A stretch of DNA of 64,000 bases from Vicugna vicugna (lineage: Eukaryota): assembly GCA_013265495.1 (NCBI GenBank), contig MU057999.1:806001-870000 (forward strand), in the 5' to 3' direction. Positions 47,167-59,178 of this stretch are shown piece after piece (within the stretch, counting starts at the first letter, position 1; the number at the start of each line of letters is the position of its first letter). The notes beneath the pieces are model-generated. The model saw only the letters and a program-made list of their open reading frames with translations. It had not been told where the DNA came from and did not search any database. Both the position numbers and the translations under genes were made by a program.

Positions 47167-48689
47167 TGCACCTTTCTTCTTGCTGACTGAACTTGCTGGT
47201 TTCCTCCTGTCAATGCCTGTGCAGGTTGGTCTTCACTGCAGATCTCTATGGAGTCGACCTCCTCCATGTCCTGTGCCCTCAGATCTCTCAGGTGCTTTGC
47301 TCACTGGGAGTAGTTCCCTGGGTGTCAGGCTCAGAGGGCATTCCCACTACGGCAAACTTTCTAGAAAGCATCGTGGGTTTGGTGCAGGCAGAGGTGACAA
47401 TCTGAACACAGAGCTGGTGCCTGTAGCTCAGTCATGACCCAAGGGCCCCACAAAAGGCCTCCCCTGTCCTGATTCTAAGGGGTGGAGGTCAGTAAAGTCT
47501 CAACCCCAGTGGAAGGCTCATCCCCTCCTGGTGAATGTCACTTTCCTCGCGTGGTACCTGTCCCATCACCAGCAGGGCTGTAGGGGCACGGGGCCATCAG
47601 GGTGGCAGGAGGGGGGCTCCAGACCTTGGGTGAGATGGCTGTGCCTCTGGGAGTTGTCCTGAAGGGGTGAGGGCAGAGGTGCCCCTGATTCTTCCTCACC
47701 TGGGCCAGGTTTAAGTCACGAGGCCCAGGGCACGCCCACCCCCCTCAGCGTGTTTATTCCTTAAGGGTAGTTTTCTTCCAGGTCAGTTCAGTTTAGTTTA
47801 TCACCCTTAGGAATCTGGAAGATTCCAACCTCCCTCTGGCCTGGGAAGCCCATGGTGAGGGGCTGCTGAACCTTGAAGGGAGAGTGCTCCAATCCCAGCC
47901 ACACCCTAATCCCCTGTGACTCAGGGAAGAGGGCCAGCGCAACAGCAACCCTGCAGGAGAGTGTGGCCGCCCTCAGAGTGCAGGCCAGCAGAGCAGGGCA
48001 GTGGGCTCACCGCACGTCCCTAATGGTCATTAATCACGGGGTTGCTGGTCTTCAAGCACTGTTGTTCCCTTTGCCCGGAGTGCCTTCGCCACTGGTTTCT
48101 TTGAGGACATAACTCATCCAGAACCCAGAGGGGCACTTCCTCTGGGCAGTGTGTGCTGACCACCTGCTCTGAAGTTGCCAGCTCCCACCCTTCCGTTGCA
48201 CTGCTGACTGACGCATTGAATGGATGATGGATGAATGGTGTTGGCTGGGGCCCCAGCCCGTGTGTGCTGTGTCTGCACATCCTCTCTGTGGAGAAACCTC
48301 TTTCTGCTCGGGCAGCTGGGTCTCTGTGCTGGGAAGAGGGAGGGCTTTTAGAGCCCCTTCCACTGGCAATTTCTCTTCCCTTCTTGGAGAGCCCACACTA
48401 CCTGTGGCCCATGGCCTGACCAAGGCCGTGACACTCCTGTATTTCACCGTGAAATGTCCCTCAGGGATTTGTGGCTTGAGGTTTCGCTGATTAATCCCGA
48501 GAAGGCCAATCGATGCTATCCCTTGTGCCGGCTGGCATGGAGCGGGGTGTCGGCGGGGCGAGGAGGACGGTGACTTGGTGGATGAGCATGCCCGGGTCAC
48601 GGGCCGTGTCTGTCGTGGGCGAGGGCAGAGGCGTGGCTGCATTTGGCATCCCAGCTTATCAGTTTCAGGCCCTGCTCCTCTAAGTTTAC

Positions 48690-48800
48690 ACTTTTACAGT
48701 CATCATCTCACAGCTCCAAGTATCATCCTGTAAGTGGGCTTCATTAGCAGCCCCACTGTCAGATGGGAAAGCTGACTCAATTCTGGTGGTCTGAGTGCTG
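48690..48800 (-). mobile_element. MIR fragment
   Basis: 'atcctgtaagtggg...ccccactgtcagatgggaaagctga'. Confidence 0.55.
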
Positions 48801-50039
48801 ACGGCAGGACTAGGAGGAGAAGCCGGGGACGGGGGAGGATTTGCACCTCCGTCTCTTCAGGTCCCTCCTTCCTGCCGACCCCATCGTCTGACCATCGACA
48901 CTCGTTTAACGGCACCCACCTGGTTTCTCCCTGTAGTTGGTGGCAGGCCAGCCCCAATGCTTCAGCTCCCAGGAGACTTCAGACACGCGACGGCAGAATC
49001 TGCATCTAGCAGGTGATACGGGGCTTCGGCACAATCTGTGGTTTGGAAGCGATTCTGTGTTTTCCAGGCGCCCATCTGTGGAGGAGAGCAGGGTCTGTGC
49101 GGGGTCTGCTTGCTTACTGAGGCAACAACTGCTGCTCAGGACTGGAACTGTGTGCCACTTCGTTTCCAAGCTGAGAAGTCCCAGGGCTTCTCAGGAGGTG
49201 GTTCCAGCCTTCGGGAGCACTGTTTCCAGGTCTGGGAGCACCGTGCTGATTCCTGTCCTTGTTGAAATGAATCTGTGCAGAGCCAGGGAGCTCAGGCTTA
49301 GCAGTGCATGGTATTCTGACTCGGTCCAGTCCCCCAAGGGAGGTGGGTGGAGCGCAGTGTGTGGTCAGTGGAGCGGAGGACACGAGGTGAGGGGCATGGG
49401 TTCTTCATGTTATCTGAGGTGCGTGTAGGACACTTCCCAAGGTTAGGAGTGGAAAAGACACTTGGGACCCCTTATGTGTGAGTTTCATCACTCATCATCA
49501 TCATCTTCGTCACCATCCTCAGCCATGGGGGCCCAGGGATTATGGAAGTTTTGTGCTGGATGTTCTGGGCAGAGTGACTGCTCCTAACTCAGGTTGGCCT
49601 GTGATGCTCATTCCCTCTTGTCTGTGTATCTGAGATCCTCTACTGGGCAGCTTGCCAACCTTGGCAAGGCATTTCACTCCAGCATGCCCTTGCTCTTCCC
49701 TTCCATGCCTTTCTGACTAGTGCACTCCTACTCATCTGCAAAGCCCCACATTCAGCACCCCTTCTGCCAGGCAAGATAAATATCTTCCCAGGGACAGTGT
49801 TGATCATATCCTGAAGTTGATCTCTTCCCTGTTTTTCACCACTCCAAAGACATGCTAGACTTTGAGCTTATTGAGGGGAAGGGCTGTCTAGGGATGGGCC
49901 AGCAGGCCACAGCAGGAATTGCAATCACACTTCGTGAGGGTGCGATGTAGGACGTAGACCAGGTGGGTCATGAGGGGCGTAGGGGTCTGAGCTGATAAAA
50001 CCATTCGAGGTGAATTGACTTGGGAGTTTGACATGAGCT

Positions 50040-50205
50040 TGGTTGGAATTTGGCTCTGGGCGCAGTACGTTCTGAGGTTTCCTCTTTGAGCCTCAGTGCC
50101 TCTTTCTGTAGGAACGTGAGAGTAGAGCTTATGCTCAGGCGGCTGTGAGAATCTGTGAGCTGATGCAGGAGGAGTGCGTGGTCGATGCTCAGACACCGTG
50201 GTCGT
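50040..50205 (+). mobile_element. MIR fragment
   Basis: 'ctctttgagcctcagtgcctctttctgtagga...ggctgtgagaat'. Confidence 0.55.
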
Positions 50206-50656
50206 CATCGAGCTCCTTCTGGCTGAGAAGCTGAGGCCTTTGGGAGCAAGGATGGTACCTTTCACATCTTCAGATCTGCCAGTGGGCCTCCCACAGTGCC
50301 TTGCTGGCTGGCTGCCTCGTTTTTTAAAGTAGTTGAGTGAAGTAACACCTTCAGAAGAACTTTGAGCTAGGAAGAGGGAGGGTGGACGTAGTGGTTGAGG
50401 AGGAAGACTTGGTCAGTGGTGTGTGTGTGTCGGGTGTTAGAAGGAGTGGAGGTGTGTGGAGGGGACAGGAAGGACCCTGAGCGAGAAATCTGGGCCTTTC
50501 AGGCACACTCCGAGGTCACTCAGACTGGGGGCTTCCCGGATGTCATGGAGCCTCTGGAGGAAGACCTTGGGCTCGTGGGGCCCAGTGGGAGGTAGACGTG
50601 GGCAGAGAGGTGGGAGGAGCATGTGGGTGGGCGTAAGGGCAAGAGTGTGTGTGGGA

Positions 50657-50797
50657 GGGTGGGTATAGCTCAGTTGTGGAGCGCGTCCCTAGCATGCACG
50701 AGGTCCTGCGTTCAATCCCCAGTACCTCCATTAAAATAAAAAAAGCTAATTGCCTCCCTCCAAAATTCAAAAAAAAATTGAAAAAAAAGTCTTTAAA
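50657..50797 (+). mobile_element. vic-1-type tRNA-derived SINE (camelid)
   Basis: A-box tagctcagttg (50666-50676), B-box gttcaatcc (50710-50718), body 'agcatgcacgaggtcctg..ccccagtacctcca', 'ctaattgcctccc' and an A-rich tail. Imperfect TSD aagagt..gtggga (50641-50656, 50798-50811). Confidence 0.9.
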
Positions 50798-50864
50798 AAG
50801 AGTACGTGGGAGTGCGCTTCTGTGTGGGTAGAGGTTCTATCCAGTGGATGTAGGCGTTGGGGGA

Positions 50865-50885
50865 TGTGTGTGTGTGTGTGTGTGC
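50865..50885. repeat. (TG)n microsatellite
   Basis: Seen directly. Confidence 0.9.
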
Positions 50886-51169
50886 ACGTGCTTGTGTGCG
50901 CCCTCACATGTGTCCAGCAGACCCAACACTAACCAAAGGACACATTTCTACCCTCACAGAACTTGTAATGGTGGTTACACGGGGAAGAATGTCTCTAATG
51001 ACAATGAAATCGTTACTTGAAAGTTTGGTGACTGATCTGAAGGGAAATTTCTGGAATTCTTTGAAAGTTCGTATCAGTACCTAATTCATAATAGGGGCTG
51101 GAAAGACAATCTGCTTTTTAAAAAGCTTTCATCCTTTCATCTTATGTATCATAATTTTAACACACATAA

Positions 51170-51610
51170 TTTACATTTTTTGCATAATAAATACGTGCAT
51201 GTTTTCATTCTGTAACATAACCACAGCACCATAATCACATCTAAAAAAATTAGCACTGATTCCTTAGTGTTATCAAATATCCAGACAGTGTTCAGATTAC
51301 CCTGTGTGCCTTATAAAATTTTTTACAGTTTGTTTATTTAAATTAGGATCCAAACAAGATCCACACGTTAGGTCTGGCTGACTTGTCTCTCAGGCCTCTT
51401 CTGATCCCTATGTTCCCCCATTCTTTTTCTATTTCCATGTTATTTATTTGTTGAGCAAACTAGATTACATGTCCTGTAGAGTTTTGCAGAGTCTGGATTT
51501 TGCAGCTCATACCCCCACGTTGTCAGTTAACATGTTTCTTGTTCCCCAGGACGTCCTGTAAGTGGAGCCTCCTAGGTCTGGGCAGGTGCAGGTTCGGTTT
51601 AGTTTCCGCA
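51170..51610 (-). mobile_element. old L1 (L1MC-like) 3' end
   Basis: 'cataaccacagcaccataatcacatctaaaaaaattag...aggatccaaacaagatccacac...tgtcctgtagag...tctggattttgc'. Confidence 0.68.
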
Positions 51611-51829
51611 CAGGCAGCCATCAGTGTCTGTGACCTAGGTGGGGAAGACATCTCATTGACTGCAGCATCCAAGCTAAAGCCAGCTGGGTGAGAAGAGTAG
51701 CCGGGAAGAGGGGACGGAAGGAGAGGGGCAGGGAGGGGGATCACAGATGGAGGCTTGAGAGTGCAAGAGGATCTATCGGAATTGAGCAGCTCTGAAGAGC
51801 TGGGAGGTGGGTGGCAAGTGGGCACTCCA

Positions 51830-51970
51830 CCCTCTTTAAGCCTCATCTGTAGAGTGGACACACTGCCTGTGATTACTTCCTAAAAGAATTGTGGAAATTA
51901 AAAGAGATAGCGGCTCTGAAACCTTCAGCATCAGCACCTGGCAAATAGAAAGGAATCAATAGATGTTATC
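51830..51970 (+). mobile_element. MIR fragment
   Basis: 'cctcatctgtagagtgga...attaaaagagata...agcacctggcaaatag'. Confidence 0.55.
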
Positions 51971-52029
51971 GGTGGTGATGATGTTGGTAATGATGATGAT
52001 GAAGACAGCGTGGAGAAGGAGGGAGGGGA

Positions 52030-52395
52030 GCCTGGACTTTTCCCTGCGATCCCTGGGAAGCGACTGAAAACTTTTGGGTCAGAGAGTGATGTAATCAGAT
52101 TTGCATTTTAGGAAGCCTGACCCATCTGTGAGATGGAGAATGAATTTGGGAGGTGCAAGAAAAGGGGTGAGACGTCAGTCAGGAGCTAATGCAGTTGTGC
52201 AGAAGAGAGGGGGCTGGCCTGGGTGGGGTGATGGCAGTGGGATGGAGGTAAGTGGACTTACTGGGAGGTATTCAGAGAATTAACAGAGACAAGACGGTAG
52301 ACAAAGCCAGTGTGAGAGGGGACAAAGCAGTCCAGGAGGGGGTCTGGATTTTGGCTTGAATCTCTGGCAGGAAGATAGTGCTGCCCCCTGAGACA
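52030..52395 (-). mobile_element. L2 LINE fragment
   Basis: 'gagagtgatgtaatcagatttgcattttaggaag...gatggcagtgggatggagg...ttttggcttga'. Confidence 0.72.
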
Positions 52396-52397
52396 GG

Positions 52398-52999
52398 GAG
52401 TTATCTCCAAACTTCCAGGATCCCAGACCAAGCATGTGCCCCAGGAGTTTGTATGTATATGTATTTAGTGAGTACATGTGTGCTACTGTTCTAATATCTT
52501 CTGTGCATTTTTAATACATGCAATAAAATAAAAATTATTAAAAATCAGATAAAGATGAAATACACAATATTTTAAAATGTATTGCTGTGATTAAAATGGC
52601 CTCTTAATCTCATTAGCTGGTACAGCCAGGCAAAATATACACTCAGGGAGAGGTTCATCATTCACGGTGGTGGATGTATATCCATATTTCAAATAGTCTT
52701 CTTGATTATTCGATGTTTTTGGCCAATTTCTTGTCAGACCTGATTAAACTATCGTGGCTTTCAGCGCTCTGTGTGGGTGACGAAGAGCTCTGAGTGGGGG
52801 TGGGGTGGGCGTCAACAACCTCAGGCTCGTGGGCTTCTCTTTGCTCACAGGCAGCACTGGAATGGTTCAGCTTGTGCGTTCTTTGCAAGAATCCTTTAAA
52901 GCCACTTGTTCCACTTTTTGTGAGGGTCAGTTGGGTGTAAACCAGATCATATAACCTGTAAGTACCCCTCGCCAGTGTGCCAGAGTTAGGACACCGCTG
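52398..52999 (-). mobile_element. internally deleted hAT Charlie/Buster-type DNA transposon with transposase N-terminal remnant
   Basis: Minus strand 52704-52597 reads QEDYLKYGYTSTTVNDEPLPECIFCLAVPANEIKRP (Buster/Charlie BED-finger YLKxGF..P.CxxC..LANE..KP). Degenerate MDKWL-like start near 52913. TIR-like ends cagcggtgtcctaac / gagttatctccaaac. Confidence 0.75.
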
Positions 53000-55900
53000 T
53001 CACCCTTCTGCCTGCTCTCAGGACACTTTGGAGGCTGTACCTGACATGGGACTCTGACTACAGCCCAAGTAAGGGCATCGGGGTCTATCTGCATATTCAG
53101 TATGACTAAAGCTTAAATTTTTCTTGTATCTTTTTTTTAATGTATTGAAAAAAGAAACAGAAATAGAAGTATAGTCACTCCACTTGGAGCTTCGGGCTGC
53201 TCTGTGCCTAGCTGGGGGTGAGCACATGCCTTGTGGGAGGTGGTTAGGGCAGGTGCGGCTCTGAGCAGCCTACTCAGGGCTCCAGCCTGGGCTCCTGCAT
53301 CCCAGCTACCCTGCAGCTCATGGGTCTGGCTGTGGAGGTGGGTCCTACTGGGGCTGGAAGAGCCAGGGTGGGTGTGGGGGGGAGGGGGCAGGGGAGGGGC
53401 TGGAACTTCTTGTCCCATCTCTCTGGCCTCTTGGACAGTCTGGCCAGGAGAGACGCCCCAGCTTGTCCCAGGGCCTGATGTGTGTCATGCACATGAATAT
53501 TGGCATCTTCAGCAGCATCCCTTGTGATTAAAAATGAATTTGCCAGGGACCATTGCTACCCTTTCCAAGAATCCCCTTATCAGAAGGTCCTGGGGTCCCC
53601 CACTCAGGGGCCTCCCACTCCAGCTCATGGGCACTCCATTCCCAGCCAGCCTGGGCTGCATGCATCTGTACCAGGTTTCTTTCTAAGGAGGAGGCTGATG
53701 AGGCTTCTGCAAAGAGAGGGGCCCGGGTACCCATTGAAGATGGCAATCAAATAATAGATGAACCAGGAGGAGTTGGCAGAGAAGGGATTTGTGGGGTTGT
53801 TTAAAAATGTCCATGTTCTGAAACTGGTTATCATTCTGCTGCTGCTAATCCTTGGTCCTGATGAAGCCACAGGAGACGGATGGGCTCACACGTTAATGCT
53901 ACTCCGGTGCCGAGCAGTTCCGCCGTGGCCCTGGCACAGCCAAATGTGCCTGCAAAGGAAAAGACTGGAAGATTGTGGGCCCTAATGAGTTTGCTCTGGA
54001 CCATTTTTGACTGAGTGCAGAGGCTCCTGCTTGGGGAGCCAGCATGGTTCTCCAGGGAGGGGCTGTCACCTGGGGCATTTTCAGGAGGATGTGTCTGCCC
54101 GTCAGGGGACTGGCTGCAGCTGGAAGGAGCAGCAGCGACCTCCCAGCCCCAGCCCTGGAGAGGAAGCATCCCAGCGTGGGAAGAGGGACCGCGGGCCTCC
54201 TGACCAATCAGGAGCCCTCCCGCCTGGCGCTTGCCTCCCCTGATTATCACTGCCTTCTGCGGAGGGCTTCTGCCCACTGAGTATTCACAGCGCATCGCCT
54301 GTTTGGTTTTTCTCAGTTTAACTCCCACACTCATTTTGTGCCTGAATGAGTACAATGAAACCAGTTTAATTTGCTGTTAATTCTCTGTTCAAAATATGCT
54401 CTTCTGTTTAAGGGACATGGTCGGTCCCTTTCATCTTTCTGAGACAGTTTGTGAAAGGAGGCTGTTGCGGGGGTGGGGAGGGCGGGGTCTTCAGGAAGCT
54501 GGTGAGCATCACGGGTGAGACACCCCCAGGGCCTGTCAGGAAGAGCGTCCCTGGTTGTGGGGCCTTTACACTTGCAGAGGGAGGGGTCTGTTTGCACTCT
54601 CCTTGCAGGGAGAAGTTGGAGGTTGGAGCTATACCTCCTGGCGGAGGCGCTATGGCAGAGAGACTTGAGGGTGCAAACTGATGCCAGCCTCTGTGGGTCC
54701 CCAGTGTGGAGGCAGGAAGTGAATTTGGGGACTGGTCACCATTGTGAGGTAGTCAGGGTAGACATTGGATGTAATTTAGGAAACACAAACTTCAAAAATT
54801 GCCTTAAAGCATCTAAATATAGTGTGTGCTCAAGCTTAAGCTGATCTGAAAGAGATTTATTCTTGACAAAAAGTTGCTCATTCTGATCAGCCATGCCCAG
54901 CCCTTCCACCTCCCTGCTTTAACCGCGGCCTTTGCGGGGAGGGGCTTTGCACCTGGTGGCAGATACTTGATATCCAGTTGTAAGGCTGCATTTTGAGACA
55001 CAGATGAGCTCCCCAGGAGCTGGGGTCTGCGAAACGAATGCTGGGTCTGGGTAGGGGGTCAGCAGCTGTGATGTTTGGTCACCAGGCAGTCCCTCAGGCC
55101 ACGTGGAGGTGGGTGGAGGTGACTAGGTTGGGGACGAGTGAGCCTGGTTCATCAGAAGGGTCCACCTCGTCCTCCCTTAACGGCAGAAAGGCCCTGCCCT
55201 TGGAAGGGTACCTATGCAGATACGCTGGAAAGTTGCAGATGGAAGTTAAGAAGCCATGAGGGACCAGCTTCCTCTTTGGAACTATGGAAGGCTCCCCTTG
55301 GAGGGGCCTGGGAGCCTGTTTAGGAAGCCAGCATTCTGGATCTCTGAGAGTTCGCGCCATCGGTGGGCTTCCCAGACTGATGGTGCCCCCGGCAGCCGGT
55401 GCCCGCCTCTCCCTCCACACAGCCCTCCAGTTGCCCTCCGTGACCTCTGACATTCCTGGGCTTTCCTGACTGCCCAGCCACTGATGACCAGGGTAAGAGG
55501 GCAGGGTTCTGCGTTGGGAAGCGCACAAGCTTTATCCGTCAGTTCAGCCCGTCTGGAGAGACAGCCTGCTGGATCAGGATGCTTAGGTGGGTGCAAAGGG
55601 AAGGGAGCAACGTGGGGCGGGGTGGCTTTACAGCGCCAGTCAGTGTAGCCTGGGTGAGGGGGGATGCTGTGCTGTGTACTGACTGGGGCAGTGCCTAGCG
55701 GGGAGCAGGGAGAGAGTCAGGGACCCAGGATGCGAGGAATCAGGGATTCTTAGAGCAGATGTCGCTCTGAGGAGGGGAGGGTGGGGGAGCTGGGTTGGGC
55801 TGGGCTCAGGGGTAGCCCGGGCGTGGGGCTGCTTCCCACCCTCTCCACTTCCTGCTGCCCCCTCTTGAAATGAGCACAGTTTTGGGGACTGGGGCAGGGA

Positions 55901-58083
55901 TTCCCAGGACTGAGCTGGTAATGAACCAAATCACAATCGAGGTGCTGTTGAGGGGCACTGTAGTTGTACCAAAGTGGAACGTTGTCGTTAAGCTCATTGT
56001 AAAGGATGTAAAGTGAAGATAAACAGTCTGTGCCCGTCCTCTTGCCTCCTTTTTTAATTAGGAAGTTTTCCTCCTCACTGGAGAAGGTGGGGCTGCTTGT
56101 GTTCATGGGGGAGGGGTCCTCACCAGGGATGCCTCCCCCCCAGACCTGGGCCCCCCTCACCTCTGGCTTCACACCCAACCCCTAAGTAAGGAAGGCTGAA
56201 GATGGTGAGGATGGTCCTGCCAGCCAACCCCAGTCTGGCCCTGCCGTGGCCACTCTCCTCTGTCCGCTCACTGTCCCTCTCCTCGGCAGCCACAGCACAT
56301 GTTCAGTGGCAGCTACTGAGGACTGTCATCGTCCCTGGAGCCCCACTTCTAAGTTCACCCCTTCACCCTCACTCCACAGGATCTTGCAGTAACTACGCTG
56401 GTTTAACTAACTTCCTGAACTGATTTGACCACACAACCTGTTTCTCCCTTGAAACATGCAATCTCTTTCTCCAGTTCCACAAATTACCCTTTGGGAAACA
56501 CTGCTCCAAACTGTCCATCCTCTCATTTCTCTTCCCACCCAAATCCTTTGCATACTCCAAGCTGTGCCCCTCGTCTGCCTCCTGCAGGAAGCCTTCCCTG
56601 ACCACCCCAGGCTCCCCTGCCCTCCCCCAAGCCCTGGCGGTCTGTAACTGTTGGTTCCAAGGATTCTTTTGGAGACTGTGGTGATGAGGGGCATTTCTCA
56701 GGACAGCCTCAAACCCCAGGGTCACGGCTTTCTAAGAACCTAGCAACCACTTCCAGCTAACACTTCTTACTCCACTGCCCCAGTGCCCCTGAGCTCAGGA
56801 CCTCCTGAGCCAAATAGCACCAGTCCAAAGCCTTTAAGCCAGAATCTCGGCCAGCTGACCACTCAGTCCTTCTCTCACTCTCAGGCCCAGAGGCTGCCTG
56901 TCAGCCAGCACAGGGCCGCAGGTGGTCCTAGTTTCCAGGCGTATTTATAACATGCCTGGGGCTGAGGATGTAGGGTGGACAAGAAAGACCATGCCCCTGG
57001 GATCATGGCGGGGATGTTAGCCGGTCACAGTAATACAAGTCAGGTTTGGAGAAGGCTCACCCTCGGTCTTACCATCTCGCTGGCAGTTGTCTGACTTTAT
57101 GGACCTACCAGTTTCGCCTTCACTGCGGGAGAGGTTTGGAGACGCCATGGGAAATCGCCGATCTCAGTGCTGGCTGGAGCTGCCTTTTACACTGGGGGCT
57201 CTGAGGAGTGACTTTGCTGATGCCAGCCATCCCCTCCTTGTGAGGTCTGGCTGAACCTGGGCTGACTCTCAGTTAACGTTTCGGCGGGGTGATGACAGGG
57301 GCCTTGCTGTGTCCGTTGTCCCCAGGCTGTGGGAGGCAGACAGTGCCCCACCATCCCCCTGTCATTCCTGGGCAGGCCTTGACCTGCTTGGATCGAGCAT
57401 CTTTTTGTTGGTTTCCCTTCTGAAGCCCTCTTCGTCCATCGGCTTGCTTCTCTGCTCCAGCCGCCTAGTTTTGCTGTGTTGCCTTTTCTCCCATTTCCTT
57501 CATCTCACCTCTGATTGTGGTCCCATCAGAAAAGAGGGGACTTTTCCCTGAGCCCAGGGCCCTCCTGTGGTAACATATTTCCATTATGTGCCAAGCCCAC
57601 AGACTCCCAGCTGATAAACACACTAATCCTCCACTCCTCTGCAGATTCGTTAGCGGTGAATGAGGCTTCTGCTCCCCGTGTTTCCCCTGTTGCCCTTCAG
57701 ATCCTCTAGGAAGAACTCAGTTCCCTCCCGAAGCTGGTAGAAAGCAGTTAGCGCAAGAGGACATAATCACAGGCCAGAACTGGGCCATCACCTTCCATAG
57801 GCACACTTTGCTAACATTACCCGTGAATATGAACCTTGTTGAATTTTGCTTCCATTCACAAAATTCTCCCAGGGTCCCAGCTGGTGTCTGTCTGGTGTTC
57901 TGAAGGTCACACTGGCTTCTGTGGAAGTTTGTAGGTATGCTGATGGCTGGAAGGATATGTTATTATTGTACGCTAAAATTATGAATTAGTTGATCAGAAT
58001 TTACAAGAAAAAAATTAAATAGCACGGAACAAATTTTGTCAGCACATTTATCGACGCCAGGGCCCATCCATCCCTACTTAGAA

Positions 58084-58234
58084 CAGGGATGGGCAAGCAG
58101 TAGCCTAGCCTGTGGCTTATTTTCAGGCTGCAGTAGCAATGGCAGCATTGAATAGCTGCGACAGAGATCTTATAGCCCACAAAGCCTAAAATAGCTACCA
58201 TCTGGACCTTAGCAGAAAGTTTGCCAGCTGCCAG
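58084..58234. mobile_element. MER58-like hAT element
   Basis: 'ttgaatagctgcgacagaga...gcccacaaagcctaaaata...tctggacctt..cagaaagtttgcca'. Confidence 0.68.
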
Positions 58235-58599
58235 TGTAGGCTATGCAGTGCACATCCCAGCAGCCCAGCTCCTGAGAGCCAGTGGTAAACTAAGGCCACC
58301 TGGGAGGGGGTGCTTCTGGGCTGGGCTGGAGGACTTTGCTTAGAGTTGTGTTTCTCCCCAGCCAAGATGATGTACCACCTAACGAGTCAAGCCAAAACCT
58401 GTTTGATGGATGGTGTTATGTCCAATTTGTGTAATAAGGTCTCAAGCTGGGGCTCGGAGAATTTGTGTAGAGCTAATGCTTATCTCGTAATGGTCTTCTG
58501 AAATGTGGTAATGTCTGAAATATGAAATAAAATGAAATAAGCATGTATAGACTCAAAGGTTAGACAAGGACTATTTATAAAAAGCATAGTTAGGCACTC

Positions 58600-59178
58600 C
58601 CCAAAATGAAACAGTTAAGTATAAAGCTAACAAAATATGTGTAAGATCTATACAAGGGAAATTTTAAAACTCTGATGAATGAAATCAGAGAAGAACTAAA
58701 TAAATGGAGAGATGTCCCATGTTCATGGATAGGAAGACTCAATATTGCCATGATGTCAGTTCTTCCCAATGTGATCATAGATTCATTGCAGCCCCAATCA
58801 AAATCCCAGCAAGTATTTTGTGAATATTGACAAACTGATTTTGAAACTTATATGGAGAGGCAAAAGACCTGGGATAACCCACACAGAATTGAAGGAGAAG
58901 GGCAAAATTAGAGGATTGGCTACCTAAATTCAAGACTTACTATACAGCTACAGTAATCAAGACAGCATGGTATTGACAAAAAGAAGAGACAAATAGATCA
59001 GTGGAACAGAATACAGAGCCCTGAAGTAGACCCACATAGTCAACTAATCTTTGACAGAGGAGCAAAGGTAATTCAATGGAGCAAATACAGTCTCTTCAAC
59101 AAAGGGTGCTTGACCACCTGGACATCCGCATGCAAAGAAAACCGAATCTAGACCAAGACCTACATCCTTCATAAAAAG
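58600..59178 (+). mobile_element. therian L1 (L1MC/MD-like) ORF2 fragment
   Basis: Translates [41 protein letters not shown], followed by typical 'caagacttactata...gatcagtggaacagaatacagagc'. Disrupted by stops and frameshifts. Confidence 0.92.

Noticed and set aside
50657..50730. Possible tRNA-Ala gene
   Set aside because: Followed by SINE body, A-rich tail and TSD, with an imperfect cloverleaf, so it is a tRNA-derived SINE
55910..56015. Val-rich short + strand frame MNQITIEVLLRGTVVVPKWNVVVKLIVKDVK
   Set aside because: No acceptor or recognisable protein, so more likely non-coding unique DNA
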